Positions 12,470 to 26,478 of a stretch of 47,840 nucleotides of DNA are shown here, one piece after another. The first letter of the stretch is position 1. Every line of letters begins with the position of its first letter. Made by a program: the position numbers and the translations under genes. The stretch is from assembly GCF_001194135.2 (NCBI RefSeq), contig NC_068985.1, forward strand, positions 82,884,748 through 82,932,587. The letters run 5' to 3'. The DNA is from Octopus bimaculoides. Its lineage: Eukaryota. Under the pieces are notes generated by a model that ran no database searches, was not told where the DNA came from, and was given only the letters and a program-made list of their open reading frames with translations.

Positions 12470-12785
12470 ATTCTTCAAGTTTGCATCTAGGTTTCACTTC
12501 TAATACCAGAAATTTCTCTTCTCTAGGGCCTTACACAAACTCTGCTCTTAAGGACCAGGTTACCGGCATACATGTGATCCCATAGATATCTGGTTTTACA
12601 TAAACTCTTTCATCATGGAGAACTATAATAAACAATAGAATGCTAAGAACAGAGCCTTGATGAACACTTACAAGCGTACTAAATTCTTTACTAAACACAT
12701 TGCCAACTATTACTTTGTCAACTGTATCGTTATACATGAATTGCACCATTCTCACAAGCCATTCATCTACACTTAGTTTTCTATG
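12470..12785 (-). mobile_element. RTE-clade LINE reverse-transcriptase fragment (degenerate)
   Basis: RKLSVDEWLVRMVQFMYNDTVDKVIVGNVFSKEFSTLVSVHQGSVLSILLFIIVL matches RTE RT (GVHQGSVLSPLLFIIVL); a downstream LEKRNFWY*K*NLD-like segment follows. Confidence 0.9.
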
Positions 12786-13200
12786 TATGTAATCTATCTA
12801 TGCACTATATAAATTCAGAACAGTATGTGTGTTTATGGGTGTCTTTTCACCATGTAAATCCCCAGAACTATTCAGATGTGTCTATGGGATATAAAGTAAA
12901 AGTGATGTATTTGAAGAGTTATGAATTAAAGTAGCATGAATGAGTAAATGATGGAGAGAACGGAGTGGCAGTGAACTAACTTGCATGTCAAGCGGTTCAG
13001 TCTGACATACATAGAGAGGATGCCATATTGATATATGAGCATTCTGATATATATTCTATTATCAATAATTTACAATATAAATGAATATATACATATATAT
13101 TATGTATGTATGTGATATGCATTTAGTGTGTGTGTGCTTATACAATGCTGCTGCTAATAATAATGATGATGATGGTGATGATGATAATTATGATATATAT

Positions 13201-13350
13201 NNNNNNNNNNNNNNNNNNNNNNNNNNNNNNNNNNNNNNNNNNNNNNNNNNNNNNNNNNNNNNNNNNNNNNNNNNNNNNNNNNNNNNNNNNNNNNNNNNNN
13301 NNNNNNNNNNNNNNNNNNNNNNNNNNNNNNNNNNNNNNNNNNNNNNNNNN
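13201..13350. other. Assembly gap (150 N)
   Basis: N run. Confidence 1.
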
Positions 13351-13358
13351 ATACTGGT

Positions 13359-13567
13359 GTGTCTGGGGAGAGTCATTCCCTTTTGGTGCCTTATAATTTA
13401 ACACACTCACCAGTAACATTTCCACTTATTTCTTTGTTATTTTTCTAAACTTTTCGTTGCAAGATACAATGAAAATTTTGGAAAAATAACAAAGAAATAA
13501 GTGGAAATTTTACCAGTGAGTGTGTTAAATTATAAGACATTAAAAAAGAATGACTCTCCCCAGATAC
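13359..13567. repeat. Tight hairpin/fold-back, about 100-bp arms, loop of 5-15 nt
   Basis: GTGTCTGGGGAGAGTCATTCCCTTTTGGTGCCTTATAATTTAACACACTCAC...TTTTC is the reverse complement (about 90%) of GAAAATTTTGGAAAAATAACAAAG...GAATGACTCTCCCCAGATAC. Confidence 0.92.
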
Positions 13568-13631
13568 AACAGATTATGCTCCAACACACAAACTCGCATA
13601 AAGAATCTTGCAAACCAAATCCAAAAACGAA

Positions 13632-13675
<44 letters not shown>

Positions 13676-14164
13676 AAGAAAGTTCATAGTTGCAAATAAG
13701 GTTGTGGGTTAAACATTGAGTTTTCAATACACTACATATCCATATCTATGTACATATGTATGCATGTATCTTTGAATGAATATGTGTGTGTGTCTGTGTA
13801 TTTGTGTGACATTCTGCACTTCACATGTAAACATGAGCCAAGTGCTCATGCCACATTCACATTTTTCCATAGACAAGGCTTTCTGTCCCTTCACACTTTC
13901 AAAGTTCAGTGGAATAAAAAAAATTCCCTCCTTGAAAAATAAGTAGAGTTTATGACAAGAAAAGCATTTGGCTATAAAATACTGCCTCAAATAAAATTTT
14001 GTCCAACCCATGAAAAACTAGATGTAAAACAAATGAATGAAATTAAATGCATACATGCATATATATATGTAGGTGTTATTTATGGCCATGCTTCACCCCT
14101 TCCCCCTCTCCCAGCCAACATTTTTATTTTGTGCATGCTGGTACCATGTAAAATGCATTCCTGA

Positions 14165-14425
14165 CAGTGCTATGTAGGATGCATTCATGCCAGTTTCACA
14201 TAAAATGCACTTGTACCAGTGCAACGTAAAAGCACCCATGCTAGTAGCACATAAAAAGCACCCAGCACACTCTGTAAAGTAGTTGGCATTATAGGAAGGG
14301 CATCCAGTCGTAGAAAACATGGTAAAACAGACAATTGGAGCCTGGAGATGTCTCTGGATAGCCAGCTCCTGTCAAATCATCCAACCCATGCCAGCATGGA
14401 AAATGGACGTTAAATAATGATGACG
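14165..14425 (+). mobile_element. (GAT)n-tailed SINE, 3' part
   Basis: AAAAGCACCCAGCACACTCTGTAAAGTAGTTGGCATTATAGGAAGGGCATCCAG...CCAACCCATGCCAGCATGGAAAATGGACGTTAAATAATGATGA. Confidence 0.85.
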
Positions 14426-14430
14426 AGACT

Positions 14431-14958
<528 letters not shown>

Positions 14959-15589
14959 GATATAGACATAAAGATACACACATACACACATGCATGCATA
15001 CAGGTTTTTCTTTATGTGAAAATCTTAACCATGAGAATGGTTATTTAAAGTCTGTCAGATTCAGTATGACATCTGATGAAATGAAATGGTTATTATGCAA
15101 CATTGCACAAGCTCTGTATATTTAATGCATTAGTAAACAATAAATAATCATTCTCAAGTAATTGAGCACCATGCAAAGAAAAATTGTCTTAATTCCTTAT
15201 TCATTTACTATTATTTACTCTTGTGTTAAATATACTACAATTACTCATTACACAATCCTTAAATTTTCAGAGTGCTTAATTATTATGATTAATTAATTAA
15301 TGATACATTAAATTGTTTGATTAATAAGATGTACAGTTGGTACTCTATTTTGAGCATTCCATTAGCCAAATACTTGCATGAAGTGCAACTAAGTTGACAG
15401 CTAGGATTGAAGACATTCCTTGCACTCTTAAATATATATATATATATATATATATACATGTGTGTGTGTGTGTGTGTGTGTGTTTATAACCCAGCCCCCA
15501 TGTCTGAAGAAGCATCAATATTGCCCAGTGTTAATATTCAACATGGAATTAATGTTAACATCTCGACCAGTCATATGTTGTAACCAGTA

Positions 15590-15762
15590 ATATATTGTTT
15601 AACAATTTTTGCATAAGGCCAACAATTTGGGGTTAAGTATGTATTTTATTGACCCTGAAAGGCAAAGTTAACCTTGACAGAATTTGAACTAAGAATGTAA
15701 AGATGGACGAAATGCTGCTAAGCATTTTGCCCAGCATAGTAGCGATTCTGCCATCTCACTGC
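15590..15762 (-). mobile_element. SINE family C
   Basis: AAGGCAAAGTTAACCTTGACAGAATTTGAACTAAGAATGTAAAGATGGACGAAATGCTGCTAAGCATTTTGCCCAGC...GATTCTGCCATCTCAC is the reverse complement of the family C head. Confidence 0.8.
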
Positions 15763-15842
15763 TATATATAAATACAATAAATATAAATATATATATGATG
15801 TATATATGTATGTTTATATGTATTCATATGAAATGTATATGC

Positions 15843-15892
<50 letters not shown>

Positions 15893-16000
15893 GCATGTTT
15901 ATATGTATGTATGTATGCATGCATGTATGTATGCATGTATGTATGTATTCATGCATGTATGTATGCATGCATGTATGTATAGGCATGTTAATATGTATAT
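15762..16000. repeat. (TA)n and (TATG/CATG)n compound microsatellite
   Basis: Direct reading. Confidence 0.9.
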
Positions 16001-16199
16001 TTGTTCTGTAAATAGACCATATTTGAATGGATGCTTTGAAAATTTGGGACGAAATATTTATTTTTCATTCACTTGAGATTTTCCATTAATTTTTTCCATT
16101 AATTTTCTTGCCACAGTTATGTATTCTCAATATTTTAACAGTAACATGTATTTTACAACTGTTTTATAATAAGAATTGTCCTCATTTGCAAGATTGTAA

Positions 16200-16436
16200 G
16201 AAAGAAGGTATCATTGATAAGTGAAATAAACATTCATGATGCTTGCTCCATGTAGAAACTGCAACCAGTACACCCTGTAAAGTGGTTGAGGTTAGGAAGG
16301 GCATCCAGCCATGGAAACCAAGCCGAAATGGATTGTAGAAGCAGGTGCAGCCAGTTCCTGCCAGTTCCTCACAAGTCATCCAAACCATGCTAGCATGGAA
16401 AACAGATGTCAAATGCTGCTGCTGATGATGATGATA
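16200..16436 (+). mobile_element. (GAT)n-tailed SINE 3' part
   Basis: CCCTGTAAAGTGGTTGAGGTTAGGAAGGGCATCCAGCC...CCATGCTAGCATGGAAAACAGATG...GATGATGATGAT. Confidence 0.8.
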
Positions 16437-16934
16437 TCTGTTCTACTGGGCTGTATCTGGCTATATAAAAAATGAAGATAACCATCAAGTCTTTGAAGAG
16501 AGACAGACAGAGAGTGGTGGTGGGGGAGATTTTATCAACTTCAACAGGCCCATGGCTGGAAAAAATTGAGCTGATTTATTCCAACAGACATGCAAAATAC
16601 CTCACCTCGGTCCACCTGATCTCAATTTACCTTTTGGCAGCCACTTTATCTGTTCAATTCCCACCCATCTTACTCATCACAACTGCTATAGTATGCTGTT
16701 TTTCCTGTATACCTCATCTCTGTTATACATATATTAACCTGTACATTGATGGAATCTCCTTGGCAACAACTATTATGACCTGTGACTTCCCCACCTCCCA
16801 CCTCCAATTAAGCCATCTTCAATCTGAAGTCACTTTGAAATCTGGACCCTCTCTGTGAGCTTTTGGAGACATTGTAGATTCCTTCAGATTAACATCATGC
16901 AATATTCATAAGCAAGCTTTCTAAATAATATCTG

Positions 16935-17440
16935 ATGTCATCATCATCCTTACCATCAACATTGTCGTCTTCATCATCATCATCATTATATTCATTTAAT
17001 CTCCATTGTCACCGTCATATTTATTTAATCATTATTGTCATTATCTTCATTGTCATCGTCATCATCATCATCATCAATATCATATGCATTCAATAACCAT
17101 TGTCATTGTCATCATCATCATCATCATCATCTTCATACTCATATTCATTTAGTCACCATTTTATCATCATCTATAATCATCATCATCATTATTATCATCA
17201 TCATATTCATTTAATCATCGTCATTATTAACATCATCTTCAAATGTCATTGTTTCCAACATCATTATCATCATCGTCATCATCCAAAGTTTCCCTGTCTT
17301 CACTAACCTCTTCCCTCTCACCTTCAGCATCTTCAGCATCTTTATTATATACTCACCAATATCAGACGCAGCAGCTTCTTGATCATCATCGTCATCATTA
17401 TCATCATCATTGTCGCCATCATCATCTTCATTGTGACATC
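16935..17440. repeat. Degenerate (CAT)n trinucleotide region
   Basis: Direct reading; source of the poly-H/S/D ORFs. Confidence 0.9.
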
Positions 17441-17729
17441 CATTTCTCCCTGATAACATGGGTTTTTTTTTCTTGGTGCGGTTGGGTTCAAAACACAACA
17501 GTCTTACAGCCATCAAAACATTTCAGTGACTGAAACCTCGGCACAAGTTGGTAGAAAAAAGTAAAAGCCCTAGACATGCAACCCTGGCACAACTTAATGC
17601 TGGTGGTACCTGTACAGTGCTTGATGTTGTACATTTAAAGTTATCATTGATGGCTTCATATGCATTGGTGACTATAACACAGATGCAGAGTGAAATGTAT
17701 GAAAATATTACTAAGAAAGATAAAAGAAT

Positions 17730-17752
17730 TAAAATATGTATGTATATGACTT

Positions 17753-17785
<33 letters not shown>

Positions 17786-18225
17786 ATGTATATGTCCATG
17801 TGTGTATGTATGAATACATAGAAGCATATGTGTACGTTCGTTTATGTGTGTGTGTACATATGTATGTAGGGATGGGTATGTAAGTGTATATGTTTATATG
17901 TATGCATCTATGCATGTTTGTATGTATGTATGTATATATGTTTGTGTTTGTGTATGTATATATATATATATATATATATAGTGTTGGCATGTATATATGC
18001 AAACAAGAATGCATCTTAAAATGAAATAATGAAGTGTCGCATACTGTAATATACATTTTTGCATGAATGTGAGTGTGTGTGTGTGTGTGTGCATATACAT
18101 ACATGTTTGTGTGTGTGTATACATATATATGTGTGAATATATATACATATTTTCAAATGCACACACATATATATTTGTAAGTATTCATGTGTATGTGTAT
18201 AAGTATGTACATGCATGTGCAAAGC
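17730..18225. repeat. (TG)n/(TA)n/(TATG)n low-complexity block
   Basis: Direct reading. Confidence 0.9.
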
Positions 18226-18865
18226 AAAAGAATGCAGAAATCTACTAATTAATTCTGATTTTAACAGGACTTCTAATTATAGGATTGGAAATAATAATAA
18301 ATAAGTAAATAAATATCAATAGATATAGGATTTTTCTTTCTTTTTTTCTTGCCTTCATTTACCAATGTCACTTTGTTTCTGCTCATTAAATTACTTTTCT
18401 CTCTCTTACACCCATTTAATTTAGAGGGAACTCTTTGTTATAGTATGCATTAATTAGTCAAAGTTTTGATTTCTTTCCTGACCTGGATATAATCTTTCAT
18501 TTTTAGGGAGTTCTGTGAATCTCGGAAATAAGTTCTTCTTAGACATTTCTGGAATTCTGTTGAGCTGGGTGTGGATATTTCAGAAATTACTGAGGTCATT
18601 TCTGCTTTGAGAAATATATTCCAGTGTTATGTTGTTAGATTGTTAGTACTGAAATAAGGTGTGTTAAACATAGTAAAATCTGAATATTTTAATTTATCAT
18701 TTTTTAAAAATTCTTGCCTTCACTTATTGTGAATGCCAATAATAGTTACAAAGTATCTATTATTTAGCAATGAATGAGTTATAAAAATGTTCCTTTTAGA
18801 TAACAGCTTGCTTGAAATAACTCCTGTCTTTGTGATACTAAAAGATCTAGATTAATACCTTATAC

Positions 18866-18930
18866 CAAAGGGTCTCAAACTTTTAGGGTCACTGCCCCCC
18901 TCTCATGTCCACATAATACCCTCAGAACCC
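18866..18930 (+). mobile_element. Possible hAT-family terminal fragment
   Basis: CAAAGGGTCTCAAACTTTTAGGGTCACTGCCCCCC resembles CAGGGGTCTCAAACTTTT-type hAT ends; the partner end was not found. Confidence 0.3.
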
Positions 18931-19054
18931 CCACCCCTATTTTTGTGTATAAATAAATATTTTGTATTTTACTAATTTATATATACTACGAATAATTTGA
19001 TATTTAATATACTATATAATTTGTATACAATACTATAATAATATTTATTTCATT

Positions 19055-19212
19055 ATTGTCCAACAGGGGGCTAAACATAGAGGGGTCAAACAGGACAGAC
19101 AAAGGGATTAAGTCGATTACATTGACCCCTGTGCATAACTGGTACTTATTTACTCAACTCACGAAAGGATAAAAGGCAAAGTCGACCTCAGCGCAATTTG
19201 AACTCAGAACAC
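19055..19212 (-). mobile_element. SINE family C (long-tail variant), well preserved
   Basis: GGGGCTAAACATAGAGGGG...GATTAAGTCGATTACATTGACCCC...AAAGGCAAAGTCGACCTCAGCGCAATTTGAACTCAGAAC. Confidence 0.85.
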
Positions 19213-19999
19213 TGCCTTCATTCTGTTATATATTGCAATATGATCATTATGAAGTGAATATTGATCAAACATGTAAATGCATGTTTTGGATGGACACCCT
19301 GCACTCAGTCTGTGTGCATGTGTGTGTGTGCATTATTTTTATATTACAAAATTTAATGGTTTATTTCATATCATTTAACTTTTCAGAATCATAGGGACAC
19401 ATTGTAACTTATGAAGTATCTTCAGTACTTTTCAACCTAACAGAGCTCATTTCTCTCCAAGTCTGAGCACAGCCGATTTTTTTTGTTTTGTTTTTTTTGT
19501 CAGAAACAGAATTTTTTCAGGAATAAGATGAACAATAAGGAGAAGAATCAATACCAGTATAGGACTAGTAATTTATTTATTGACCTTGAAAGACGAAAGG
19601 CAAAGCTGCCTCAGTGAAATTTGAACTCTGAATGCAGAAAACCAGAACAGTTGACATAAAGCTGTCTATGTAATCTTCAAATGATTTATCTAGTTAGTTG
19701 CTAATGAAACTATGAAGCTATGAAAAAATGTTGTTCATTGTATGATTTGTTTGGTTCATTTTCATAACTATCATATGTAACATACTACAGCTAGGTATGT
19801 CATATTTTGAAAACAAAAGAAACCTGGACACCGCATCTCCTAGCTATCGCTTTGCAGCTCCTGCTTTTCATTCTTTCCTTCTCCAACTAAATGTGAGTGA
19901 TTATGCAGTTCTTCTACAAGAAGCTGCTCTGCTCTTCCCCCACCTTCTCCACACTCTAAACCCTCATCCCCTAGCATAAAACTGACCCTACCTCTCTCA

Positions 20000-20228
20000 G
20001 GGTTCAGAGTCTTGCAAGCTGCATGGTGACTTCAGCAGTGTTTGTGGCATGTAAAAAAAAAGTATTCAGTACATGCTGTAAAATGGTTGGCATTAGGAAG
20101 GGCACCTAACTATAGAAACCCAGCCAAAGCAGACATTTGTGCATGATGCAGTCCTTAGGCCCATGGTAAGCCCATCGTAAGCTGTCAAACCATCTGACCC
20201 ATGCCATGGATGTAAGATGATGATGATG
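20000..20228 (+). mobile_element. (GAT)n-tailed SINE 3' part
   Basis: TGGTTGGCATTAGGAAGGGCACC...GACCCATGCCATGGATGTAAGATGATGATGATG. Confidence 0.75.
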
Positions 20229-20759
20229 GTGTTTGCAGTTATAGTCCCCTACATTTGGTCAGGTCATCTGAAATGATAAACAGTTAAAATAATTTAAGAC
20301 AAAACAAGAAATCTCATACTAAATGAAACTTTAAAATTTCTTCAAAATCAAGAGGAGAAAAAAAATCAATCTAAACATATTTTTTATATTTTTAAAATAA
20401 AAATTTTAAAAAAAGACCAAAGGGAATATAAATTTTGTTGGTAAGCTTATGTTTATTTTTATTCAGTTAGTAACTTTTTTTGTTTTTGTGTATTGAATTA
20501 TTTTTATAGAATAGTTAAATTTAAAAATAATTTCATTTTTGTAAAAGCAGAATTAAAAAAAAAAACAAATACAAAAAATGGTTATTTATTCATTTATTTC
20601 TCAAATCAGTGAAGCAATGATTTGAAACTTGACATTCTGTTGGTCCGAAAGTCTAATGATATGAATATCTAAGGTTGCAATGATATAAAATGCATTGAGA
20701 AATAGAAAAAAAAACAGAAAAAAAACATAATAATTGCAGAAATAAAACATTAAAACATA

Positions 20760-21087
20760 AAATCATGCACATGCGCATACACTTTCACACACACACTCAT
20801 ATGCACACATGCATAAATATACAAACTTATATAGATACATCTACATTTATAAAGGCACATACACACATATATATATACACAAAAAATTTATAAACATACC
20901 CTCACATATATACACATAGATATACACATATAAAACACACAAATATATTCATATGTGTATATATACATGTACACATATATAAATGTGTGTGTGGTGTGAA
21001 TATATATATATATATATATATGTTTTTGTCTGTGTGTTTGTACGTGTACTAATTTGCACAAAAATTTATGAAGTCACACATTCACAT

Positions 21088-21133
<46 letters not shown>

Positions 21134-21235
21134 ACACACAAATATGCATACACACATGTGCATATATATAAACATACTCACTCACATGTATGCATCAGGT
21201 CCATGTGAGTGAGTATGTATATACACACGCACACC
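20760..21235. repeat. (CA)n/(TA)n low-complexity block
   Basis: Direct reading. Confidence 0.85.
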
Positions 21236-21959
21236 AGTTTGAGAAATTGGTATTTTCAATGCTTAAACATGGAACAACTGTTGCATTTATGAGTAAATTA
21301 ATATCAGATTTTTAGAGACTGGTAAAACTGAAGACAACCATGAATCTTAAAGAAAGTAAAAAAAAAAAATGTTCCCTAAACTACCATTATAAATTTCTAA
21401 ACTACAATTATGAACAAAAATCAAGTATATAAATAAATAATTTTAGCCTGTAGTAGTAGAGGAACCAAATTTTTTTTTTCTTTTTAATCGTGTTGCATTG
21501 AGATATTCAAGATCATTAGAATGGTCATTCCTATATATATTTTTTTGTTTTCTTTCCACCTTCACTCTTCAGAAAATATATTGGTTAGCACCAACTTATT
21601 TCTATGCTGGTGTCTTGAATATGAAGTTCTTCATTTAATATTTTATGTTGGTAAATTTTTTGATATATTAGTAAAGCAGATTTAACAATGTCCCTCTTTG
21701 TATTGTGGCAGAAAACTACTATTTACAGCTGCTGCTGCCACCACTGCTGCTCCCATCACCGCCACCACCACCACTACTACTATTGTATTTTTGCTCTATA
21801 AAACTACAAACTGTGATTGGAAAGGCTTAGAGGGTAAAAGGAAATAATTCATGTACTAATTATGAAACACAAGCAGATTCAGAGTTCCTTTTCTTTGCTG
21901 AATGATAATTGTAACAATGCATCTTATATAGATCCAATGACTGAAACTTCAAAAGTGGG

Positions 21960-22250
21960 TGCTTAGCCAATTAAATCAAGCTCAGCATTTGGCCAGTGCT
22001 TCATTTTACGACTGACCCTAAAACAATGAAAGGAAAAGTTGAGATTGGTGGGATTTAAGTTCAGAATGTAAAGAGCTAGGAAAATAATGCAAGGCATTTT
22101 ATCCAACACTTTAACAATACTGATACAGGTATGAGACCAGAAATTTGTGGGGAGAAGAGCTGTTGAGTACCATATGTGTACTTGATTGATACTTAATTTT
22201 ATTAACCCTGAAGGAAATGAATGGCAAATTTGACCTAGGTAAGCTTTGAA
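21960..22250 (-). mobile_element. Two tandem diverged SINE family C copies
   Basis: AATGAAAGGAAAAGTTGAGATTGGTGGGATTTAAGTTCAGAATG (about 22025) and CCCTGAAGGAAATGAATGGCAAATTTGACC (about 22205). Confidence 0.6.
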
Positions 22251-22939
22251 CATGTTACAAAGATTCCATAGATTTGTACGAAAAAGAACACTGGAGAAGG
22301 TTGTGATTTTTGACAAACAAAATTTTTATTCTTTTCGTACGTAAGAAAATACAAATATTGTTGTTACAATAAACAACAAAATGTTGAGACAGTTTGAGTG
22401 TTATCTTTCTTGGTGTAATTATACTAGCAGTCAAATGGTTAGCTGCTGGCCATTGTGTTGTTGTCACTAGTCATTCATTCTGGTTGTTGTCAGCTTGGGT
22501 CAGCAGCTATCTACATCTGTCCACCATTTGTCTGCTGTTTTGTCTCAACTGTCTTTCACTGCTCTCTCTGTTACATCCTTTAACCCTTTGTCAAGTAGCC
22601 AGGGTGTGCCAAATTTATACTGATGGATAGGCTCAAAAGGAAGCATGCCAAAAGATGAAATTGTCACTGGATCCTATTCCATACAAAGTCATCATTGGCT
22701 AGACATTGTTGATCACATGGGTAATATTCTAGCGAATCACATTAATTGATTTTCTCACTACAGAATCTAAATTACATATTAACCCTGACCTTGACTTGTT
22801 AACTCTGGTCATAATAATAAATGATGTTTTGTATTCACCCAACACCAAACAAGAACTATAAACTCAAACCCGAAAGATGAATCCGAGTCCTTTACCTAAA
22901 CTGAAACCTTTATTCTAACAACAGAAACAAAACTTATAC

Positions 22940-23111
22940 TCTCTCTCTCTCACTCTCTCCCATGCTCTCTCTCTCTCTCTCCCATGCTCTCTCTCTCTCT
23001 CACACTCTCTCTCGTGCTCTCTCTCTCTCTCACACTCTCTCTCGTGCTCTCTCTCTCTCTCACACTCTCTCTCGTGCTCTCTCTCTCTTTCTCTCGCGTG
23101 CTCTCTCTCTC
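22940..23111. repeat. (CT)n-derived minisatellite with a 30-bp unit, 3 identical copies
   Basis: CTCTCTCTCTCACACTCTCTCTCGTGCTCT repeated at 22991, 23021 and 23051. Confidence 0.9.
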
Positions 23112-23686
23112 ATTATACCTATGGGTGTCATTGATTTTGAACCTCCATACCAAAGTCTGAAGATTCATGATTTTCTATGGTAAAGATACAGTAGTGGTTT
23201 ATTTGCAGTTTCCTTTGCTAGTATCCTACTCTCCCTACCTCTCTAGCAAGACATCTGATCTTGTCTCTCTATCATACTGGCCATCTTCTGCTGTTTAACC
23301 CATAACTGGGATACAACGACTCCAAGCCAGAGTGGCCTTGGTAATAACTTCATACTCCTCAAGCTGGAACCTCATCACTGAATAGATCTAAAACATGCAA
23401 AGACCTGTTGGTGAACAAAAGTAACTAATGTAGAACTATAAGTTTTTATGTGTGTAATTACATCAAATTGAATAAAAAATAAATACAAAACATGTGGATC
23501 TGGTTATTTGACGGGGAATTACAGCTGCTGTTGCTTCTTTCACATCCAAACCAAATCTTCTATATGAATTCTCTTCTCTTAGAATCTCCTGTGATGCACA
23601 CAAACTAATAAGGGAGCCTTTACGAAATTATGTGAGATACTAGAAATAGTATCTTTGTGTGAATGTGTACAAATATATATATATAT

Positions 23687-23894
23687 CATCATCATCGTCG
23701 TTTAACGTCTGCTTTCCATGCTAGCATGGGTTGGACGATTTGACTGAAGACTGGTCGACCAGGAGGCGACAACAGGCTCCAATCTGATTTGGCAGAGTTT
23801 CTATAGCTGGATGCCCTTCCTAACACCAACCACTCCAACAGTGTAGTGGGTGTTTTACGTACCACCGGCACGAGGGCCAGTCAGGCGGTACTGG

Positions 23895-23895
<1 letters not shown>
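23687..23895 (-). mobile_element. (GAT)n-tailed SINE, relatively young (CpGs retained)
   Basis: CATCATCATCGTCGTTTAACGTCTGCTTTCCATGCTAGCATGGGTTGGACG...GCTGGATGCCCTTCCTAACACCAACCACTCC. Confidence 0.9.
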
Positions 23896-23931
<36 letters not shown>

Positions 23932-24439
23932 GATTCTCCAAATTCAGTCTATTAGTGGCACAGTGAAGGTTTGTGAGACATTTCAAAGATTCTCCATCTG
24001 AGATTCTTTAACTGAATAGATGCACACACCTGGGTGTGTGTGCAACGACAGCTAAAATCCCAATGTGTCTTTCCTTTTTCAAATCAATAGGGTGTAATTT
24101 CAAACACCTTGGCTGCTGTATCTAGCACTTCACATGGAAGAACAGAGACTACCTCACTGGCTTGTTGCTATTTCATTTGGTATTGCTGCTGCTGTTACAT
24201 TGCTTTTCTTTTGTTAATGCTGAAAGATTTTTTACAATGTTGTTTTTTTTTAATTATTATAGTTTATTTTGTTTTGTTGTGTTCTATTGTTATGATATAT
24301 TTTGCTATTGTCAGTTATGTTGCTTTGTTGTTTTCTTCATTCCTTAATGTTTGTTGCTCTTGTTATTGTATTTTTATAAGTAATCTGTGAAAATAAGCAA
24401 CTGCATGTTATTTCCCTCCATTCAGAGACACACAAACAC

Positions 24440-24542
24440 ATTTTTACAAACACACACATATATACACCTGAAACAAACACATAAGCATACATTCGTATAT
24501 ATATTTAAACATGCATTTAAATATATATATAAGATATATATG

Positions 24543-24578
<36 letters not shown>

Positions 24579-24840
24579 TATATGTATATATGTATATATA
24601 TATGTATGTATATATACACAAAAATACATTTATGCATATTTACAAGTGTACATGCATGGAAACATTGATACAAATATTCATGCTTACATACATATCTGCA
24701 TTCACATATATGTGTACATGTGCATATATGTATAAAAATACATACACTCACCATACATACATATAATCATACATACATGCATATAACCATACATATATAT
24801 AATTATGTATACATGCATATATACATACATACATACATAA
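24440..24840. repeat. (TA)n/(CATA)n low-complexity block
   Basis: Direct reading. Confidence 0.9.
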
Positions 24841-25125
24841 TCAAAACCTCTAAAATAAGACACATGAAATTATATGACAACAAAATATAGTTCTTTGATT
24901 TGCCATTATTTTGCACTTCCTCTTCCACTTCCTTTCAACTCCCACCTTCCTATTCTGTTGCAGTATTGACTGTAGACAAATTTGTTTTCCTTCCTTTTTT
25001 TTCTGTTTCTTCTTTGTTTTGGTTCTACATTTTGTTTTTACGCCATTTGCTTATATATTTGTATATGTTTGTAGTGTGTAGTCACTTTTGTAATGCCTTT
25101 ATAACCACGATGCATGTTTCTGTAT

Positions 25126-25127
<2 letters not shown>

Positions 25128-25176
<49 letters not shown>

Positions 25177-25242
25177 CCTCTATCTATCTATCCCTCTCTG
25201 TCTCTGTCTGTCTGTCTGTCTCTCTCTCTATCTATCTATCTA

Positions 25243-25273
<31 letters not shown>

Positions 25274-25417
25274 ATGTGTATGTATGTGCTTGTGTGTATA
25301 TATGCATGTATATTTTCATATATATATATATATAAATCAAAAACAGGTTGATGCATATGTATGTATGTTGGAATATGGAGTTACATCTATACATACATAT
25401 ATATATATATATACTAG

Positions 25418-25451
<34 letters not shown>

Positions 25452-25453
25452 CG

Positions 25454-25505
<52 letters not shown>

Positions 25506-25525
25506 AATATACACACACACACATA
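25128..25525. repeat. (CT)n/(CTAT)n/(TCTG)n then (TA)n/(CA)n microsatellites
   Basis: Direct reading. Confidence 0.95.
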
Positions 25526-26432
25526 TATCAGAGAGGTGGAGAAAAACTGAAAAGAACGAAAGAATTTTTTCCTTTTTTTTTTTTTTTGTAAAAACTCATT
25601 CTGACAAACATTTCTGCAGCAATATGTTTTAAAGCTTTCCACAGGCAAGAGGCCATCTTCTAAATACGGAACTCAATTATGTAGACTTAGCCTTTGTTGC
25701 AAGAAAAAAAGGCCTCCTTTACTTGTGCATTACCACTTCTATTATACGATGTATGCAATCTTTGAGCTTGCTGATTAGCTGCACTGGAAATACTTTAGCT
25801 GTAATCTCACATTTCTTTGCAGACAACACAACAGTTTACAAAAGAGTGCCGTCATTGTATTTTTCGAACTTTGTTCTCTACACATTCCACTGCCAACACA
25901 ACACCAACTTAACACCTACCCATACCATACCATTACCACCACTCCACCCACTGCTTACAACCATTATTGCCACATCAGCGTCATTTTTCTCTTATATAAG
26001 TTTCTGTAGGATTGTCAAACCCTCTTTCAATTTTCCCCCGTGTTTGTTTTTTTTTTAAATTTTTTTTTTTTACTTTTGTTGTTATTTACCTTGCCGACAT
26101 ATAAGTCTAAAAGAAATATAGAGAAAGAAAAGCAAAGACTGATAATGGTGATGACGACGATGATGATGATGACAATGCCGATGATAATAACAACAATGAT
26201 GAAAAATGTTAGTAGTGCTGTTAGTGATGGTGGAGGTGGTGGTAACAGCTAATGTTCAGATTGGTGATACATAATAATAATACATATATGCACACATGTA
26301 TATATATATATATATATATATATACATGTGTGTGTGTGTATCTGTAAATACATATATTTGTATCCTCATATACATACATATATACATTTACAGACACACA
26401 AGCACATATGTATATACATGTGTGTTTGTGTG

Positions 26433-26478
<46 letters not shown>

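Noticed and set aside
16472-16858. 128-aa ORF in non-microsatellite sequence
   Set aside because: No recognisable motif, composition typical of a random open frame, and no convincing splice sites.
25750-25815. Possible miRNA hairpin around TAGCTGCACTGG
   Set aside because: Pairing is short and bulged, and there is no match to a mature miRNA I can recognise.
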